Source: the human T2T-CHM13v2.0 reference genome, Homo sapiens. Taken from it: a DNA stretch of 64,000 nucleotides. The DNA lies in NCBI RefSeq assembly GCF_009914755.1, contig NC_060929.1; one strand, 5' to 3'. How positions within the stretch are numbered: position 1 is the stretch's first letter; the number at the start of each line of letters is the position of its first letter. The notes under the pieces were generated by a model. The model was not told the origin of the DNA. It saw only the letters and a program-made list of their open reading frames with translations, and ran no database searches. Made by a program: the position numbers and the translations under genes. Below, piece after piece: positions 44,301 to 58,510 of the stretch.

Positions 44301-46447
44301 GTATCAAAATATTTTCTTTTCTTCCTGTTTTCTCTCAATTATAAAGTTTTTACCTGCTCACTTAGGGCTTTTCTGTTTTTCCAATAAGATATAAAAATTA
44401 TTGTCTCGTAGAATGATGTTTGGGAACAGAGGTTTAGTAGAAACCAAACAGAAAAGAATAATTATTCCCATCTACTTGTCTCCAAATAAATACTGGATTA
44501 AAAATTCTAAATATTTATGGAAGGAGATTCCCTAACTTTCTTCAATGTCTTGTTCAATCTTCTTACAAGTAGTAGAACTTATCTGCCCTGAGGCTCCACT
44601 GTCTAATATTTGCAGATACTGAGCTTTTCCCCCTCCTTTTCTACTTGCTTTGGGTAGAATATCTGGCTTTTGACTTCAATGCAATTCTTGAGCAAGTGAC
44701 TTCCTTCTCTGGGGCTCAGTGCCATAGACTGGAGGCCTATTTGTCTGGAAGGAATGGGAGGGGACCATCAGCCTGTTTTAATATGTGAGGTAGCTGAACT
44801 TTAAACTTTGCACACGGTCAAACTGACACACAGTGCCAGAGAGATCCAGAATTTTTGGTCATTCCACCTCCTACAAGGGAAGACCGGTGACTAGTGTGAC
44901 GAAAATATAGATCTCATGAGGGTTTTGCCATGATGACATGTCTTATGTCACCATATTAGCCACTGTCCCTCATTTATTGGTGTTTCCTTGAGCCTTTAGA
45001 AATATGTAAACATATAAACCCCTAGAAATATGTAACACTCCTATGTTTTCATTACTTTCACATTCTTTGGGCCTAGAATACCCACCTGCTACAAAGAGTT
45101 CATAACTTTAAATAATTCATGAATTTGTCAGTGTCTAGTTTCTTTTGTAATCATCCTAATGACAAAATTCACTATACAGCAAATCAAATCAGCTGTGCAT
45201 CATCCAATTTGGTCACCAGCTGAAAATATCAGAACTTTTCCCTTTGAATATGTGTGGATGCTGATGTTTCAAGAAATATTATTCAGAATCACTGTGTGAT
45301 ATACTTGGACTATAGATAATGCCTATTAATGGTGGCTAGATTTGCCTGCTCATTCTTAGCTTTATGAACAGTTAAGGCCTGCTCTGCTGAGGAGTTCGTG
45401 GTGTTAACATCTCACTTACTTTCCATGGGAGAACCCTAGCTGCTTAATGGCACTCATGTATAGAAACATCCTGGATATTCATGCCTCTAACTGTCCCATG
45501 GTGCTTTCATTCATCTTAGCTGAAATATCCTCCCTTTTCTGTGCACCTTTCAAGGCCCAGCTTACGTCTCCCCTCCTTCCTGAATTCTTTTCTGACCTTT
45601 CCAGCCCTCCCTGATCGCCAATTCTTTCAAATTTCAACAGCCTGAGCCATCCATACCAGCTTACCTCTTTATGATAAGCTGCAATGGATAGCTTCCTGCT
45701 GTTTAGCAGGTCAGCCCCTCAGCCAAATCACATCCTTTGAAATGGGCAGAGACCACGGCCTTTACTATGGCTTTGTGCTCTACACACCTTGCATGACCAC
45801 ATTCATCTTGATTCAAAAAAATATTGTTTGGTTGATTCACTTCAATTCTATTTTCTTTGCGTGTGGAAAAGCAATATGAGGCCCAGTCACCATCATTTCT
45901 ATAGGAAAATCTAGAGGGGCCACGAACATTTCAATAGTTCTGTAAAAGAACCCTTATTCACCCAGGACTATATTGCAGTAGGGCAGCCTGGAGAGAGGGC
46001 AGGCAGTTTCCCAATTCTTCCTAAACTTGCTTCATTAAGTCATTCTAAGGGAATGTTCAGATGCTCTGACATCTTCATATTTAAACATAAGTATAAAACC
46101 CCCTCCGAAATAAAACCAAAATGATTTTTTTCCATTATCCTTCTGAGTGTGGCCAAGTGAGCACTGACCACAGTGAAACTGGCTAATACTAATACTGTGG
46201 TGTCATCATCGCTCCCCTCCTTCCTAACTCACAGGAGGAAATCGCAGTCACATTTAAAAAGTGCTCTATCATGATTTGAGTTGAATTATAACTAGAAGAT
46301 CTTCTTATAATTTTTACATATTCTGAATGTCAAAGATGGAAAATTACTCTTACCGTGCCATTCAACGGCTCCATGATTTTTGACAATTAAAGTTACTGTG
46401 GCATTGCTTACAACCGGTAGGCTTGAGTTTGTAAAGCAAGCCCTGTT

Positions 46448-46499
46448 AAGACTGGCTAATTTAAAAAAAAAAAAAAAGGAAAAAAAGACTGGCTAATTT
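46448..46499 (+). mobile_element. Solo poly(A) insertion with 15-bp TSD
   Basis: aagactggctaattt at 46448-46462 and 46485-46499 flanking A15GGA5. Confidence 0.8.
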
Positions 46500-47154
46500 C
46501 CCCTAAGCCCCAGGACTGCAAATTAGGTTGCTGCCACCAGGGTTTTCACATGACTCAACTGTTCTCCAAGCTCTCTCTGCTGAGGCAAAGCATTTAGCAC
46601 ACAATGCAGTCAATACCTTCAAATGAGATAATGAGTGTGAATGGGCTTGGAAGTGTCCCCCTCACTGCAGGGGACCTAGCTCTGACAGCCATGATCAGAG
46701 AATAGCAAAGACTGTTGTAGTCCTCAGCCAGGCTGAAGGACTCCAAGGCAGAGGAAAAGAACTCTAAGACCATCCGTTTCTGTATTTCTGCCCCAATGGC
46801 TATTCCACATAGTGGTCCAGGAGGCAGGGCAGAGAACCTGGAAGTAGGGGGCACCAGGAAGTAGTCACATCCAAGTAGGGAGCACAGCAAATGCTCAAGT
46901 CCCAGCAGCACTTCCTGCCCGGGGTGGGCATCAGTGAGGTCAGGCTGGAGAAATGCAAACTCTGGACTGGCTTGGTCACTGCTGTTCTGTTCTGATGAAC
47001 TCTCCTTTGAAGGCCTCTTGCACCACTGGCCCTGGGGCACATTTGCAATCGTTAAGACAGCACAATTCAGAACTGCCTTACACCAAACTGCTGGAGCATA
47101 AAAATGAGAAGAACTGATGAAAGGGAATCAGAAGCCTTGGATGACCGCTCCATG

Positions 47155-47350
47155 CCATGGGATACCACAGCTGGCTTGTGAGAACAAGATATTGCTTCCC
47201 AACTCTGTGTTCAATGATGTCAGGTTGATACCCTGAGATCAGACCTTGTTGGGATAGTTACGCCACAGAAGTTGGCAAAGAATACAAATCAGTGTTGTGG
47301 GTTTTAACCCCCAAGAGAGCCACCACTACGTATCTGCCACATCAGCCACG
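47155..47350 (+). mobile_element. MER63-like hAT relic
   Basis: cttcccaactctgtgttcaatgatgtcaggttg...acgccacagaagttggcaaagaatacaaatcag. Confidence 0.65.
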
Positions 47351-47528
47351 AGAGTCTGGGTTAATTTTTTAACTTCCCCAAATCTTACACGATACTTATT
47401 TCACAGGGTTACTGGTGTAAGTAAGATAATTAATTTGGAATTTATCTGTAAAATGACAGTTTGCACTGGTTGAAGTAAAAGTTAAAGTATTAATATTTAT
47501 AAAAGTAAAACATATAATAATAATCTTT

Positions 47529-47784
47529 TTTTTCTTAAAGCATTTTTTTCAAATTTCCATAGATTTTTGGGGAAGAGATGGTATTTGGTTACCTGAGTCA
47601 GTTCTTTTGTGGTGATTTGTGAGATTTTGGTGCACCCATCACCCGAGTCGTATACGCTGAACCCAATTTGTAGCATTTTATCCCTCACTCCCCCTCCCAC
47701 CCTTTCTCCCTGAGTCCCCAAAGTCCATTGTTACGCCTTTGCATTCTCATAGCTTAGCTCACACTTATGAGTGAAAACATACGA
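47529..47784 (-). mobile_element. L1PB 3' end, heavily 5'-truncated
   Basis: ggtgatttgtgagattttggtgcacccatcacccgag; 22-bp TSD aaaacata(t/c)aataataatcttt. Confidence 0.92.
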
Positions 47785-47879
47785 AAAACATACAATAATA
47801 ATCTTTAATTACAAACTTCCGATATGATGTAGGACAAGATTTTAGAAAGTGCAACACTTAGGAAGCAGCATATTTGTGT

Positions 47880-48620
47880 AAGTTAAAGCTTTACATACAA
47901 GTTACAATACTCTTAACTCAAACTGGTTTCAACAATGAAGTGAGTTCATTGTTACCGAGATTAAAAAGGCCAAATAGAGTGCTAGCTGAATCCAGCCAGC
48001 TGAATTGAGAGTCAAGGCTTAATCTAGCAGCTCAGACAGTGTCATCGTAGAGTGGATGACTGTGTGTCCCTGTTTGCCCAGAACAGTTCTGTTTATGCCT
48101 ACTGTTCCGGCATCCTGTCTGGTTTAGCATTTGTCCTGCCCTTTTTCATTCTCAGAATTGTCCTGGTTTAGAAGATAAATGATATGTTTACTTAACCCAG
48201 GTTTGCTTTCTCTGCCCAGTAGTTTTGTGTTGGCAAGCTTCACCCGCAGGCATCACATGATACATTTTCCCCACCCACTTCCTGTAGCTCCAGCCTCTTT
48301 CCATATTGGTAGCAAAATAATATGTAGCAGCTCCAGACCTCACACCCTTACAACAGCCAATCTAGTAGGACTGAAAATCTCTTCCAACAGCTCCCATCCA
48401 AGTGCTGGGGTTCACTGTATCTTACTGGTCCAGTTTAGGTCATGTGGCCATTCCATTCAGGAAAATTGATGGACTTAATCAATCATGCTCATGTCGAGAG
48501 TGAGTTTGAGATCATTCTACACAAATCACAGAGCTGAGTGTTAGGAAGGGGTGAATATCCCCAAGGAAGAGTCAGAGATCACTGGCAGTAGAAGAAGTGA
48601 ATGAATCCCGGGAGGTAAGG
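47880..48620 (-). mobile_element. Ancient MLT1J/K-like LTR, interrupted by a MER94-like element
   Basis: aactcaaactggtttcaacaat...cagctcagacagtgtcatc...ctccagacctcaca...tggtccagtttaggtcatgtg. Confidence 0.6.
48048..48196. mobile_element. MER94/MER81-like hAT-Blackjack MITE
   Basis: tgtccctgtttgcccagaacagttctgtttatgcct...tgtcctggtttagaagataaatgatatg. Confidence 0.65.
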
Positions 48621-51600
48621 AGAGTGCTCCAGGCCAGGGCAGAACGGTGACAGTGCTGGAGGAGGAACCGGCTGACCTGGCTTGTAGCCTTTCCACTAAC
48701 TGGTGTTGGGATGGTGGACAAACCTTTACATGTCTTGGGACTCAGTTTCCTGATGGCTAAAGTGGAAAGGTAGACTAGAGGACTCCGAAGGTTCCAGTTT
48801 GCTCTGAATGTTTCAGTTTCATGTATGGCTATGTTCTGTCATTAGTCTTCAGGGTTATCAACTGCAGGTTTATTTTCTTACCTGATTTTCTCAGTAGGCC
48901 TAAATAGAACTTGCCTTGGCTTTGTTTCTAATGCTAGAAAACTTCCAACTCTGGTGGAGATTTGAAATATGCCATCTTCTATTAACTAAGTCATATTCTT
49001 TAACTAGCCAACTTTCCCCTACAGTTTACAACTTGTGTCAGACACACGGAAGATTTGCTTTTGGTTTTTCCCTTGTGAACAAAACAAGTCATAAAAAAAA
49101 TTATATCATGGTTTCCTTACAGTTGCATTTCATCCTGCATTTCTTAAATCAAGAAATTGACTAACATAATGGCTGAATGAATAAGACACCACAGCAATGA
49201 ATGACTGCCTTTAGCAAACTGAGAGGGAGTCTCATTATTTAAATGTTCCTGGTTATATTAAGTGGAGCAAAAGGCTTGGAATCAAAAGTGAGAGAAATAG
49301 GCAGCCAAGTCAAAAATGCCACCAAGCTGTAAATAAAATATGAAACTAGCTTAGAAAGGGAGCATTACTTCGAAGTCCAACACTGATATATGGTCCATAA
49401 TTGTGGGACGTTTGTAAAAGGTGACATGACACCTGTCAATTATCCACAGCAGCCAGGAAATGTAGATTACATGAATAATTCACCAACCCAGTGCCCTTTG
49501 TTGCTAAGCTGTCTCAGCCCAGTTCCATAAAATAACTGCTGATATGAAAGAAGAAAAAAATACGTTTAAGTTGCAAAAGCCTTATGTTACACGCGGAAAT
49601 GTTTTCAAGGCAGCTTCATCATATGACTATGTTCCAGTTAGCACCGTTGGCTAAATAATTAACATGAGCCTTTATCAGGTGTAACAAAGGAGGGGGCTAG
49701 GACTCTGGAAACTTTATATGTTCCCTTTGTGGCAGGTGGAAGCAGGGGGTGCCGCATAAGAGAATCTTCAGTATCAGAAACACATCACTACATATGTCAT
49801 AATTTTCTCATCCTCCCAAACAGCACACGATCCTTTAAAAAGTCTAAGTCTGTGTTTTTGTTTTGGAATCATGGAATTACAGAATAATCAATTTCATAGG
49901 TCACTTACAGATCGCCTAGTCCAGTGGTTTTTAGAAGCCAACAAAAGTTTTTCTTCTGAGAAGGTTTTATGTGAAAATACAAAATACAAGACAGATGAAG
50001 GTGGAGTTGTTTTTGTTGCCCTCGGGGTGGTGGTGAGCAGGATTATAGAGGATGGCAGGAAACTGCCTGGTCAGCAGCCCCTACTCTGCACCCCACTCCC
50101 CACCCTTTCCCAAGCACTTACAAGGATCCAACAGTGCCATTTCGTAGATGAGAAAACTGAGGCTCCTTGAAGTGGCAAAGGGGCTCTCTGAAGTCCCAGA
50201 ATGAGGCAGAGGCAGAGCTGGGACTGGAAGCAGGACTGCTGATTTCCATGCAACACACATACACGTGTACCACTGTAAGTACAGCTTGTCTACACAGCCA
50301 TGTGAGCCACCAGGATTTGGAGAAATACCAGTTCTGCAGCTCCCGGGACGGCACAATAGAGCATGAGGCATGGAAACAACTGACTCTTTCATTTGTAGCC
50401 TGGGCCCAGGCAGCCTGATACCTATACCCACCCCGCTCTTTCCCCACACCCTTGCTGGCTACAGGGCCTGGGTCAGAGGTCATGGGCCAGGTGGAAGGTG
50501 GGGCCTTGGAATGCCCAGGGGACTGGGCAGGCAGCCATAGGTAACCAGAGCCAGCCATCTAATCCATCTGCTTCCCTGGACTGCTGTGAGAAAAAGCCTC
50601 ATTGGAGAGACCTACCAAAGTGGCTGCTTCCAGGAGCAAATCCAGCCACACTGTGGAGAAAGATTTTCTTGCCCTTACAAGGTGGTTCATTCCTTGTAAC
50701 TTCCTTCCTTCAAAATGAAGTTCCAGCAGACAAAGAGAACAAAAAAGAGGTCTGTTTCTCATGGTTTATAAGGAAAAGAACACCTTGTAGATAAAGTACA
50801 GCCTTTCCCATTTTTCAGAAGCAAATGAGTGTTTCTTTCTCATTTGAGGCTTATTTGCAGCCAAGGTTTGGCTTTGTTTTTGAAAGTTTGGAGGAGGTTA
50901 CATTCTTGTGTATACCCACTGGGTGCAAGTGCTTTGGCACAGGTTTTCTAATATTTGCTGTTTTTCTCCAACTGTCCCAAATGGTAGTTTATAGTATTTC
51001 AGCTCTTTCAGAGGCCAACCTACAGGGAAATGCAATGAAAAGGGAACTGAGTTTCTGATTCAGGTGAAAGGCAACTGTAATTTCAGGCTTTCTGCATGTA
51101 TCTCTTTGCAATCAGTCATTACTTTTGAAATGAACATTATATTTAGTCATATGCAGAAATAATAACAAACTGCTGGTTTCATCGTGAAGATCTGAAGTTG
51201 AAAACTTCATGTTTTAACATTGACCATTCCAACAAGCGTAAAACAGGAGACATCGAACATCTTGACATTACAGCTGCGCTGAGACTATTTCTCCAGTGCA
51301 TATGTCACAGGATCCCTTTGACAGCGTGGCTGAGAGGGTTTCTTTCAACAAATGGAGGTAATTGTTAAATGAATCAATGATTGCCTAAGCCAATTAATGC
51401 CTTTTCTAATAATGCTGAAATGTTTCTCAAGAATAGTCTGGAAAACTCTTTCATAGTAAGAGACTGGTGGAGCTGGAGCAGCAGAGTGTGAGTCCTGGCA
51501 AACGGATGGATATCCCTGAACCTTGGCCTTCTTATTTGTAATGTGGGTGCCATGCTGACAGCAGCAGTCCCCACCTCACAGGAAAGCTGGGAGCATTACA

Positions 51601-51629
51601 GCTACCTTGTCTGCCTGGAAAAACCCTTG

Positions 51630-52250
51630 CCCAGTTGGGTCGTAGCCTGGGTTCCCAGAAAGCTGGGGCCAAGGCAAAGGCCTACCTGTTCTTTATTGTG
51701 GATGTGACCCCCAGGAGCTGGATGAGAAACAGGGAGCCAAGCAGGGAAGGAAGGAAAGCCTGTGCCATGCCATACTGGCAAGTTGGCTACTGCTTAGGGT
51801 TTTCCTGTTTAGCAAATACAACTACCAAACACCCAGTTAACTTTGAATTTTGGATACATGACAAAGAATTTTTCACTCTTCCTATGGACCAGACAGTATT
51901 TGGGGCATACTAATACTTAAAAATCACTTGTTCTTTGTCTGGTGTCTAAAGTTAACTGGGCATCCTGGATTTTATCTGGCAACGCTGCCAGGGCAACTTG
52001 TGATGGGTTGCTGGACCTTATGGGGCTGTCTGAGATGCCAAGCGAAATCAGTCTTGGGATCCATCCATTTGTTCTAGGACATTAACTTCTCGAAGCACTT
52101 GTGGATTGCTCATGGCAGGGCGATGAGTGGGCTCCTGTTCCACTCTTCAGTGCCCAGTGAGAAGCCTGCGGTGAGGCGTTGTCAGGTTGCTCCTGTGTGA
52201 GGCTGCTCAGAGGCAGGCGCAAGACAGCAGAGGGTGTGTAAGAAGCATCC
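51630..52250. mobile_element. Ancient ERVL LTR (LTR33/LTR16-like) interrupted by MER53
   Basis: gggttcccagaaagc...ggcaaagg...tttattgtggatgtgacccccaggag...cagggaaggaaggaaagcc. Confidence 0.5.
51795..51986. mobile_element. MER53 palindromic hAT MITE
   Basis: tagggtt...tttagcaaata...cccagttaactttgaattt...gttaactgggcatcctggattttatctggcaac. Confidence 0.85.
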
Positions 52251-52254
52251 ACAA

Positions 52255-52490
52255 GTAGTGAAGTGTAGTGATTGAGAGCACAGATCTTAGATCCAGAATG
52301 CTTGTGTTCAAATCCTAGCTCTGCTGCTTATTAAGGCAGATCATCAAAAGTCTCCAGGTCTCAGTTTCCTCATTTTTAAAATGGGCATCAAAATAATGCT
52401 CACATAGTAGGATTGTGATGAGGATTATAAACACATATATATCTCTTAGAATGGTCCTTGGGACATTCTAAGTGTTTGCAGTTATTATTC
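52255..52490 (+). mobile_element. MIR
   Basis: gttcaaatcctagctctgc...ctcagtttcctcatttttaaaatggg. Confidence 0.85.
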
Positions 52491-52770
52491 TGAGAGTAGC
52501 AGATATCAACCACTGTAGCTTGGCAGGCTGGTGTATCTTGAACACCTGACAACTAAGTGTGTTGCCAGATTTTGATCAATGTCTAGAATATATTTTTCCC
52601 ACAAAGGAGGCTAAACATTATCATCCCCTTGTGGGTTTGGTTGTTCTTCAGCACTGAGAAGAATTATGTTGGTTCCTAGCTGCAGTCTTTCATGTAATCA
52701 AGAGGAAAAGCTTTTCATGCCCCATTGAACACGTGGTCTTCCTTTGGAACCAGCTCGATGCCCTGAACTT

Positions 52771-52816
52771 CCCACATCTCCCTCTCAGCCAGTCCCACAT
52801 CTCCCTCTCAGCCAGT
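52771..52816 (+). repeat. 23-bp perfect tandem duplication (cccacatctccctctcagccagt x2)
   Basis: Directly visible. Confidence 0.92.
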
Positions 52817-53334
52817 ACCCTCTGTCCTGAGCCAAAAGGTACTTAGCTTGACACTATTGGCTAACATTGAGGTGACCATATGTATCCAGTTGTAGCAAAA
52901 ATACATCTTACATATTGATCAGAAGACAAAAACCACATATATCTCCATATACCAAAATTAACAGCAAGTTTCTTCAATTCTCTGAAACTTGCTTCTTTGG
53001 CCCAGTGTTCTTAATTTGTTAATTTATCAAGAAATTATAAAATTTGAAAGTGGGCCTCAAACACAAAATTGCTGAAAAATGCTGGCTTAAACAGCCACTT
53101 GAGCAATGCTCCTTTCACAAAGCTGTCCTCCCACTGTCTGTAGAGTTAGGAGCTGACCCCTCCATGCTCTTGTAGAACCAGTAACAGACTTTAGTCATAG
53201 CCCTGATTGCCAGCCACCAAATGGCTTGCTTGCAGGTCTGCTTCCCTGAGACTGCTGAGCTCTTTAGGGTCAGGGCTGCATATACTCATCTTTGTGTCTC
53301 TAACCCATAGCCCATACTTGGCCCCTCCAAGAAA

Positions 53335-53798
53335 TACAGTAAGCATAGTGCCTGGGCTCACAGTGCTTTTTAGGGGCCCAAGAAAATGTTTTCCTTTGTT
53401 TTGTTTTCATGTGTGTGTGTGGGTGGTTTTTGTGTGTGTGTGTGAGACAGGGTCTCTATCTGTTGTCCACGTTGGAGCACAGTAGTCCAGTCTCAGCTCA
53501 CAGCAGCCTTGACCTCCTCAGCTAAGGCAATCCTCCTACCTCAGCCTCCTGAGTAGCTGGGACTACAGGTGTGCATCACCACCCCTAGCTAAAGAAAATG
53601 TTTTAATTTATTTTAAAATCAAAAGAAAAAAATGAACTGTCAGGACAGAAGAAAATGTTTCAATTTTTCCTCGCATTAGAAAAAAATGAAATTTTTAGGA
53701 CCCACAAAATCTATTAAGCTATTTTAATTTTTCTAATGGAGGAAGGGGCCCAAGAAGGCAAAGGTCCTAGGACCCACAAAAGTCACAGTATGGTCCTG
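53335..53798 (+). mobile_element. hAT-Tip100-type relic (ORSL-like), interrupted by an Alu monomer
   Basis: gtgcctgggctcac...ttttaggggcccaagaaaatgtttt...ggaggaaggggcccaagaaggcaaagg...cccacaaaagtca. Confidence 0.55.
53395..53591 (-). mobile_element. Alu right-monomer fragment (FRAM/AluJ) with (TG)n tail
   Basis: Reverse right arm; TSD aagaaaatgtttt. Confidence 0.85.
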
Positions 53799-54199
53799 GT
53801 GTTGAAGGAATAAGTAAACAAACAAATGAGTATGTAATAGCTGTTTAAAATGCACTGCAAATGATAAAGTACCATGGAAACATGGCTGGTTATTAAAAGC
53901 TGACAATTTTATTGCTGTTTTAGACTTCTCCTGCCCTTTAGGACATTATGCTCCAAGGAGTTTACATTTTTTTAATTGAAAAATTTTCTTAGTCATATCT
54001 ATATTTTCTTCCTCTGACATAAAATCTTCCAGTGACTTTTTATGAAGATATTTGGGTGTTGATAGGAAGAGGGCAGTTAATGCACATAATATGAAGTCTC
54101 CACTAGCCAGAAGACACATCCTGATAGCTCAGTATTCCAAACTTAAAATGAACCCACTGCATGAAAGCTCAATTCCTACAGAAGGTAGACCAAGGGAAC

Positions 54200-54588
<389 letters not shown>

Positions 54589-55519
54589 GGGACTGTTATT
54601 TTTTTACAAAAAAGGGATCTATAAGCCTTAACTGTCATGTGTGTATTATTAACACTCTGCAGCCATGGTTCTCCTCTGAAAAAAAAAAAAAAAAAAAGAA
54701 CTAGAGCATTTCTGAGGGGATCTGGTGCTATAGTCTATCCTTTGAGTTGATTGATGACAAATGAATCCTCGCACCTTCTGTTTTGGAAAATACAAATGCT
54801 GGGGATGCTCCAGCTCAGGAGATCTTCCAAGGGATTTTGAGGCTGTTCTGACCTGGACAATGCTAGAGGAGAGGATACCCTGGGCTTCCTCACTTTACCA
54901 AAGAGAATCCAGGCACATCCTTTTCTGGCAGTCTTGAAGGGCCTAACTATCTAAGAAAGAATCTTCACTCCCTGAAATGATTCTCAGTGGAATTCTTTAA
55001 AATATGAGTTATCATAGTACATTAAAACATGAGAGTACAAAATGACAACAAGTGTGGACTTAAGGAAAGGATTTATTTTTCCTTTTCTTTCTCTTCTATG
55101 TTTTCTATATGTGGCTAGAGTGGTCTTACATAAATAAATGAACAAGACAATTTATGGAGCCCCAAGCCCTGCTCGAAGCATGCTATATATGTTATTTCCT
55201 TTAAGGAGAGAAATTAAATGTGATTTCCAAAAGTTGTTTTGTGGAATAATTGAGGAAGACATTATTGTTCTACCTGCAACATTAGGATGAAAGCACAGTG
55301 AGCTATAATAGAAAACCTGCCACGTTATTTCCTTCCTGTTTCAATTCTTGACTTGTATGTTCCTAGGCCAGACTTCCTGGAGGTGAGCAGCCAGAGTGGA
55401 CAGCGAGAGCAGCAAAGGGTAACTACCACCTTGTGAGTGCCTCCAGGCAAGCTGCATTCTAGGCATCTTTTATCACGAACAAATATCATGATGGCCAACT
55501 TTTGGGGAAAGCTCCTGTA

Positions 55520-55870
55520 TGCCATTTATTATTCCAGGTGCTTTTATGTTTATTCACTGATGTAATCTTCCCAGTACACTAATATAGTAGGTCCTATTAT
55601 TATCACTCTCACTTTAGAAGTGAGGACACTTGCTCAGAGAGAAGGTCAGTATCTTGGTCAAGACCATCCAACTAGTAAGGCATATACAAGTCTGGAACCC
55701 TGGAACCGAAACCCCAACCCCAGGGTTATGGAGCATAATATAAGGCTCACAACAATTCTAAGAAGTAGAGTTTTTCATTATCCCCATTTGACTTGAGGGG
55801 AACATGAGATTTAGACTGGCTAAGTAACTTTCTCAAGGTTATCTCGTTAGTAAATAGCAGTGCTGGGAAG
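55520..55870 (-). mobile_element. Two MIR fragments
   Basis: tattattatcactctcactttagaagtgaggacact...; cattatccccatttgacttgagggg...taagtaactttctcaaggt. Confidence 0.7.
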
Positions 55871-56949
55871 TTTACCCAAGCAGCAGGCCACTGAGTCAAT
55901 GTGTTGAATCATTTCAACACACAGAGTCTCCACATTCAGAATGGCACCTGCAGCCTGTTTGCTGAAAACGGATACAGTAGTGACAGAGAGCCTGGAGAGC
56001 AGAGAAAGGAGAGGAAATGATGCATGTGGGACAGGGCCGGGAACAGAGAAGAGGCTCTGCGGAAGACAGGAGAAAGGGAAAGGGGAACGGCGCTGTGCTT
56101 TGTGGAGCAATAGTGGAGATAGTGCAGCTTTCCAGGACACAAGGAGAGAAAACAAATCAGAAAATGGGTAAGGCAGAGAGATTTAACAGAAGCTTGGGGC
56201 TAGGGGAGAAGGCACTGGAAGGGGAAAGAAGGAGAAGGTGAACAAATGATAGAGGCTACAGTACAAATGTCTGGGTGAGTCCCATACCACCAGCTTATGG
56301 AAGGCCAGCGTTGGGTGGGTGAGGTGAGAGCTCACCATGCACCCAGATATCCTGCTGTTGCGTGCAGAAGACCACACACTGCAGCACCAGGCAGCCCTCT
56401 CTTCATGAGGGTCACACACATGTGAGGATTGTAAGACGAGGCCCTTGGGGCTCTGTTCACAACAAAAACATTGTACGAGCCTTTTACACATGACTCAGTG
56501 TGTATTGTGTGTCTGACTGAAAAAAGATCAGCTTTACCTACAAGTGCTAACGTGTTGGCCGAGTTGAAAGGAGTGCACAATTACATAAGAAATAAAAATA
56601 CCAGGGGAGCAAGCAGTTTACCACCTTGTATGGGACACGCTGAATCTCCAGAGGAAAAGTGCCAGGTGACTCCTTTGCCAACTGTGAGAATAGCTGTGGT
56701 TGGAACTGGGTGTTTTGTTTTGTTTTGTTTTGTTTTTACCCCAGTGTTTGGCACAGAGTCCTGAACACCAAGTGAGGCCCCTGAACCCTGCTTGACACCA
56801 GATTGCATTTTCTAATGTCATTCCTGTTTCACTTCATTTGAGAAGGACTGGATAACAACAAAAGAAAAAGCGAAAGAGTAATTAAATTTTGTTGTATGGG
56901 AAAAGTTTATGTGCTAAGCCTGCAAAAAATAGAGTGTAATGTTTAAAAG

Positions 56950-57180
56950 TAAGGATTCTACGACTAGACATAGGTTGAAGCCTTAGCTCCATCATGTCTC
57001 AGCTGTGGGGCCTTTGGCTAGTTACTCAAAGTCTCTGAGTCTTAATTTTTTTCATCTATAAAATGGGCATGACAATAGTACCAACTCAGAAAGTTCATGT
57101 GAGAACATGTGAGAGAATGTAGGCAAATAGCTTGGCTTAGAACCCGGCACATGGTGCCCAGCCAGTGTTGGCTAGTATTA
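56950..57180 (+). mobile_element. MIR
   Basis: ctctgagtcttaattttttcatctataaaatgggcatgacaatagtacc...cccggcacatggtgcc. Confidence 0.85.
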
Positions 57181-57226
57181 TCTTTAAAACGGGAAAGATC
57201 CCTTCCCCCAGTTTGCTCAAGGGAGG

Positions 57227-57574
57227 TGATATGGTTTGGCTGTGTCCCCACCCAAATCTCATCTTGAATTCCCACATGTTGTGGGAGGGACTTGGTGGGA
57301 GGTAATTGAATCATGGGGGTAGGTCTTTCCTGTGCTGTTCTCATGATAGTACATAAGTTGCATGAGAGCTGATGGTTCTATAAGGGGAGCTTTCCTGCAC
57401 AAACTCTTTCTTTGCCTGCTGCCATCCATCTAAGATGTGACTTGCCTCTCCTTGTCTTCCACCATGATTGTGAGGCTTTCCCAGTCACATGGAACTGTAA
57501 GTCCATTAAACCTCTTTCTTTTGTAAATTGACCAGTTTCGGGTATGTCTTTATCAGCAGCACAAAAACAGCTAA
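57227..57574 (+). mobile_element. THE1B-like MaLR solo LTR
   Basis: tgatatggtttggctgtgtccccacccaaatctcatcttgaattcccac...tatgtctttatcagcagc; TSD ggagg. Confidence 0.93.
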
Positions 57575-57929
57575 GGAGGATAAGGCTGAAACAAAAGGTT
57601 GGCAAGGTGGAAGCTCTTTGAAAAGCACTTATTAATATCTGTTTTATACTGTATGCAGTGTGGCATAGTAAAAACTATATTAGATGAGGAATTAGAAGAT
57701 GTGGATTCTGGTCTCTGGACCCTCATTTTTTCATCATTTAATAAGGGGGCTAAATTAAGCCCCATTTAATATTCCTTTCAGCTCTGGCATCTGTGACTCC
57801 AGTGCCCATTCATTCCCTTGCCTACCTGCAGCAGGAAGGCCGGAGAATCTCCCATTCCCTGCTGGCCTCCCAGAGATCTAGCTGATAGACTTAAAAAAGA
57901 AAAGAAAGAAACCACTCACACATACCTGG

Positions 57930-58510
57930 GAATATATCCCAGGTACTTTAAGTGAAAAAAAAAGATAAGTTGAAGTACTATGTGTAATTCTAATATATAA
58001 ACATTCCATAATATTTTTGGAAATATAGATTTGGTAGAAACTATCTCTTAGGCAGGATTGAAGGAAATTTTACTTTAGATCTTACACATTTCTATATTGT
58101 TTGAATCTCATACTGTGAGCAAGTTTCATTTGATAATCAAGATAATAATAAAGATGTAAAAAATAAAGTTAAAACATGTTCATTATAGAAAATTTGGAAG
58201 AAAAAAGAGAAACATCACTTACAGTCCATCCCAACTTAGAAATATTGCCATTAACATTTTAATTGATATCCTTTCAGTCTTTTTTTCTATATGTGTGTAT
58301 CACCTGGAACTATACATATATATTCATAAAATATAATCATATTGTCCATGCTATTTTAAAACTTTCTTCACTTAACAATATATTGTTTATATTTTTCCAC
58401 ATCATTAAAGTTTCTTCTACAGTCTACAGCACGATTTTAATGATGGCTTGTTTTCCCATCATCTATGTGGCCAACCTTTTATGCTGCACATTTTGGCTGT
58501 TCCCAGTTTC
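57930..58510. mobile_element. Old L1ME 3'-end fragments in both orientations
   Basis: atcccaggtactttaagtgaaaaaa...; gccattaacattttaattgatatcctttcagtc...ttcacttaacaatatatt. Confidence 0.5.

Noticed and set aside
46594-47040. 148-aa ORF
   Set aside because: No recognisable family, non-ATG start, no convincing exon boundaries; expected by chance in 64 kb
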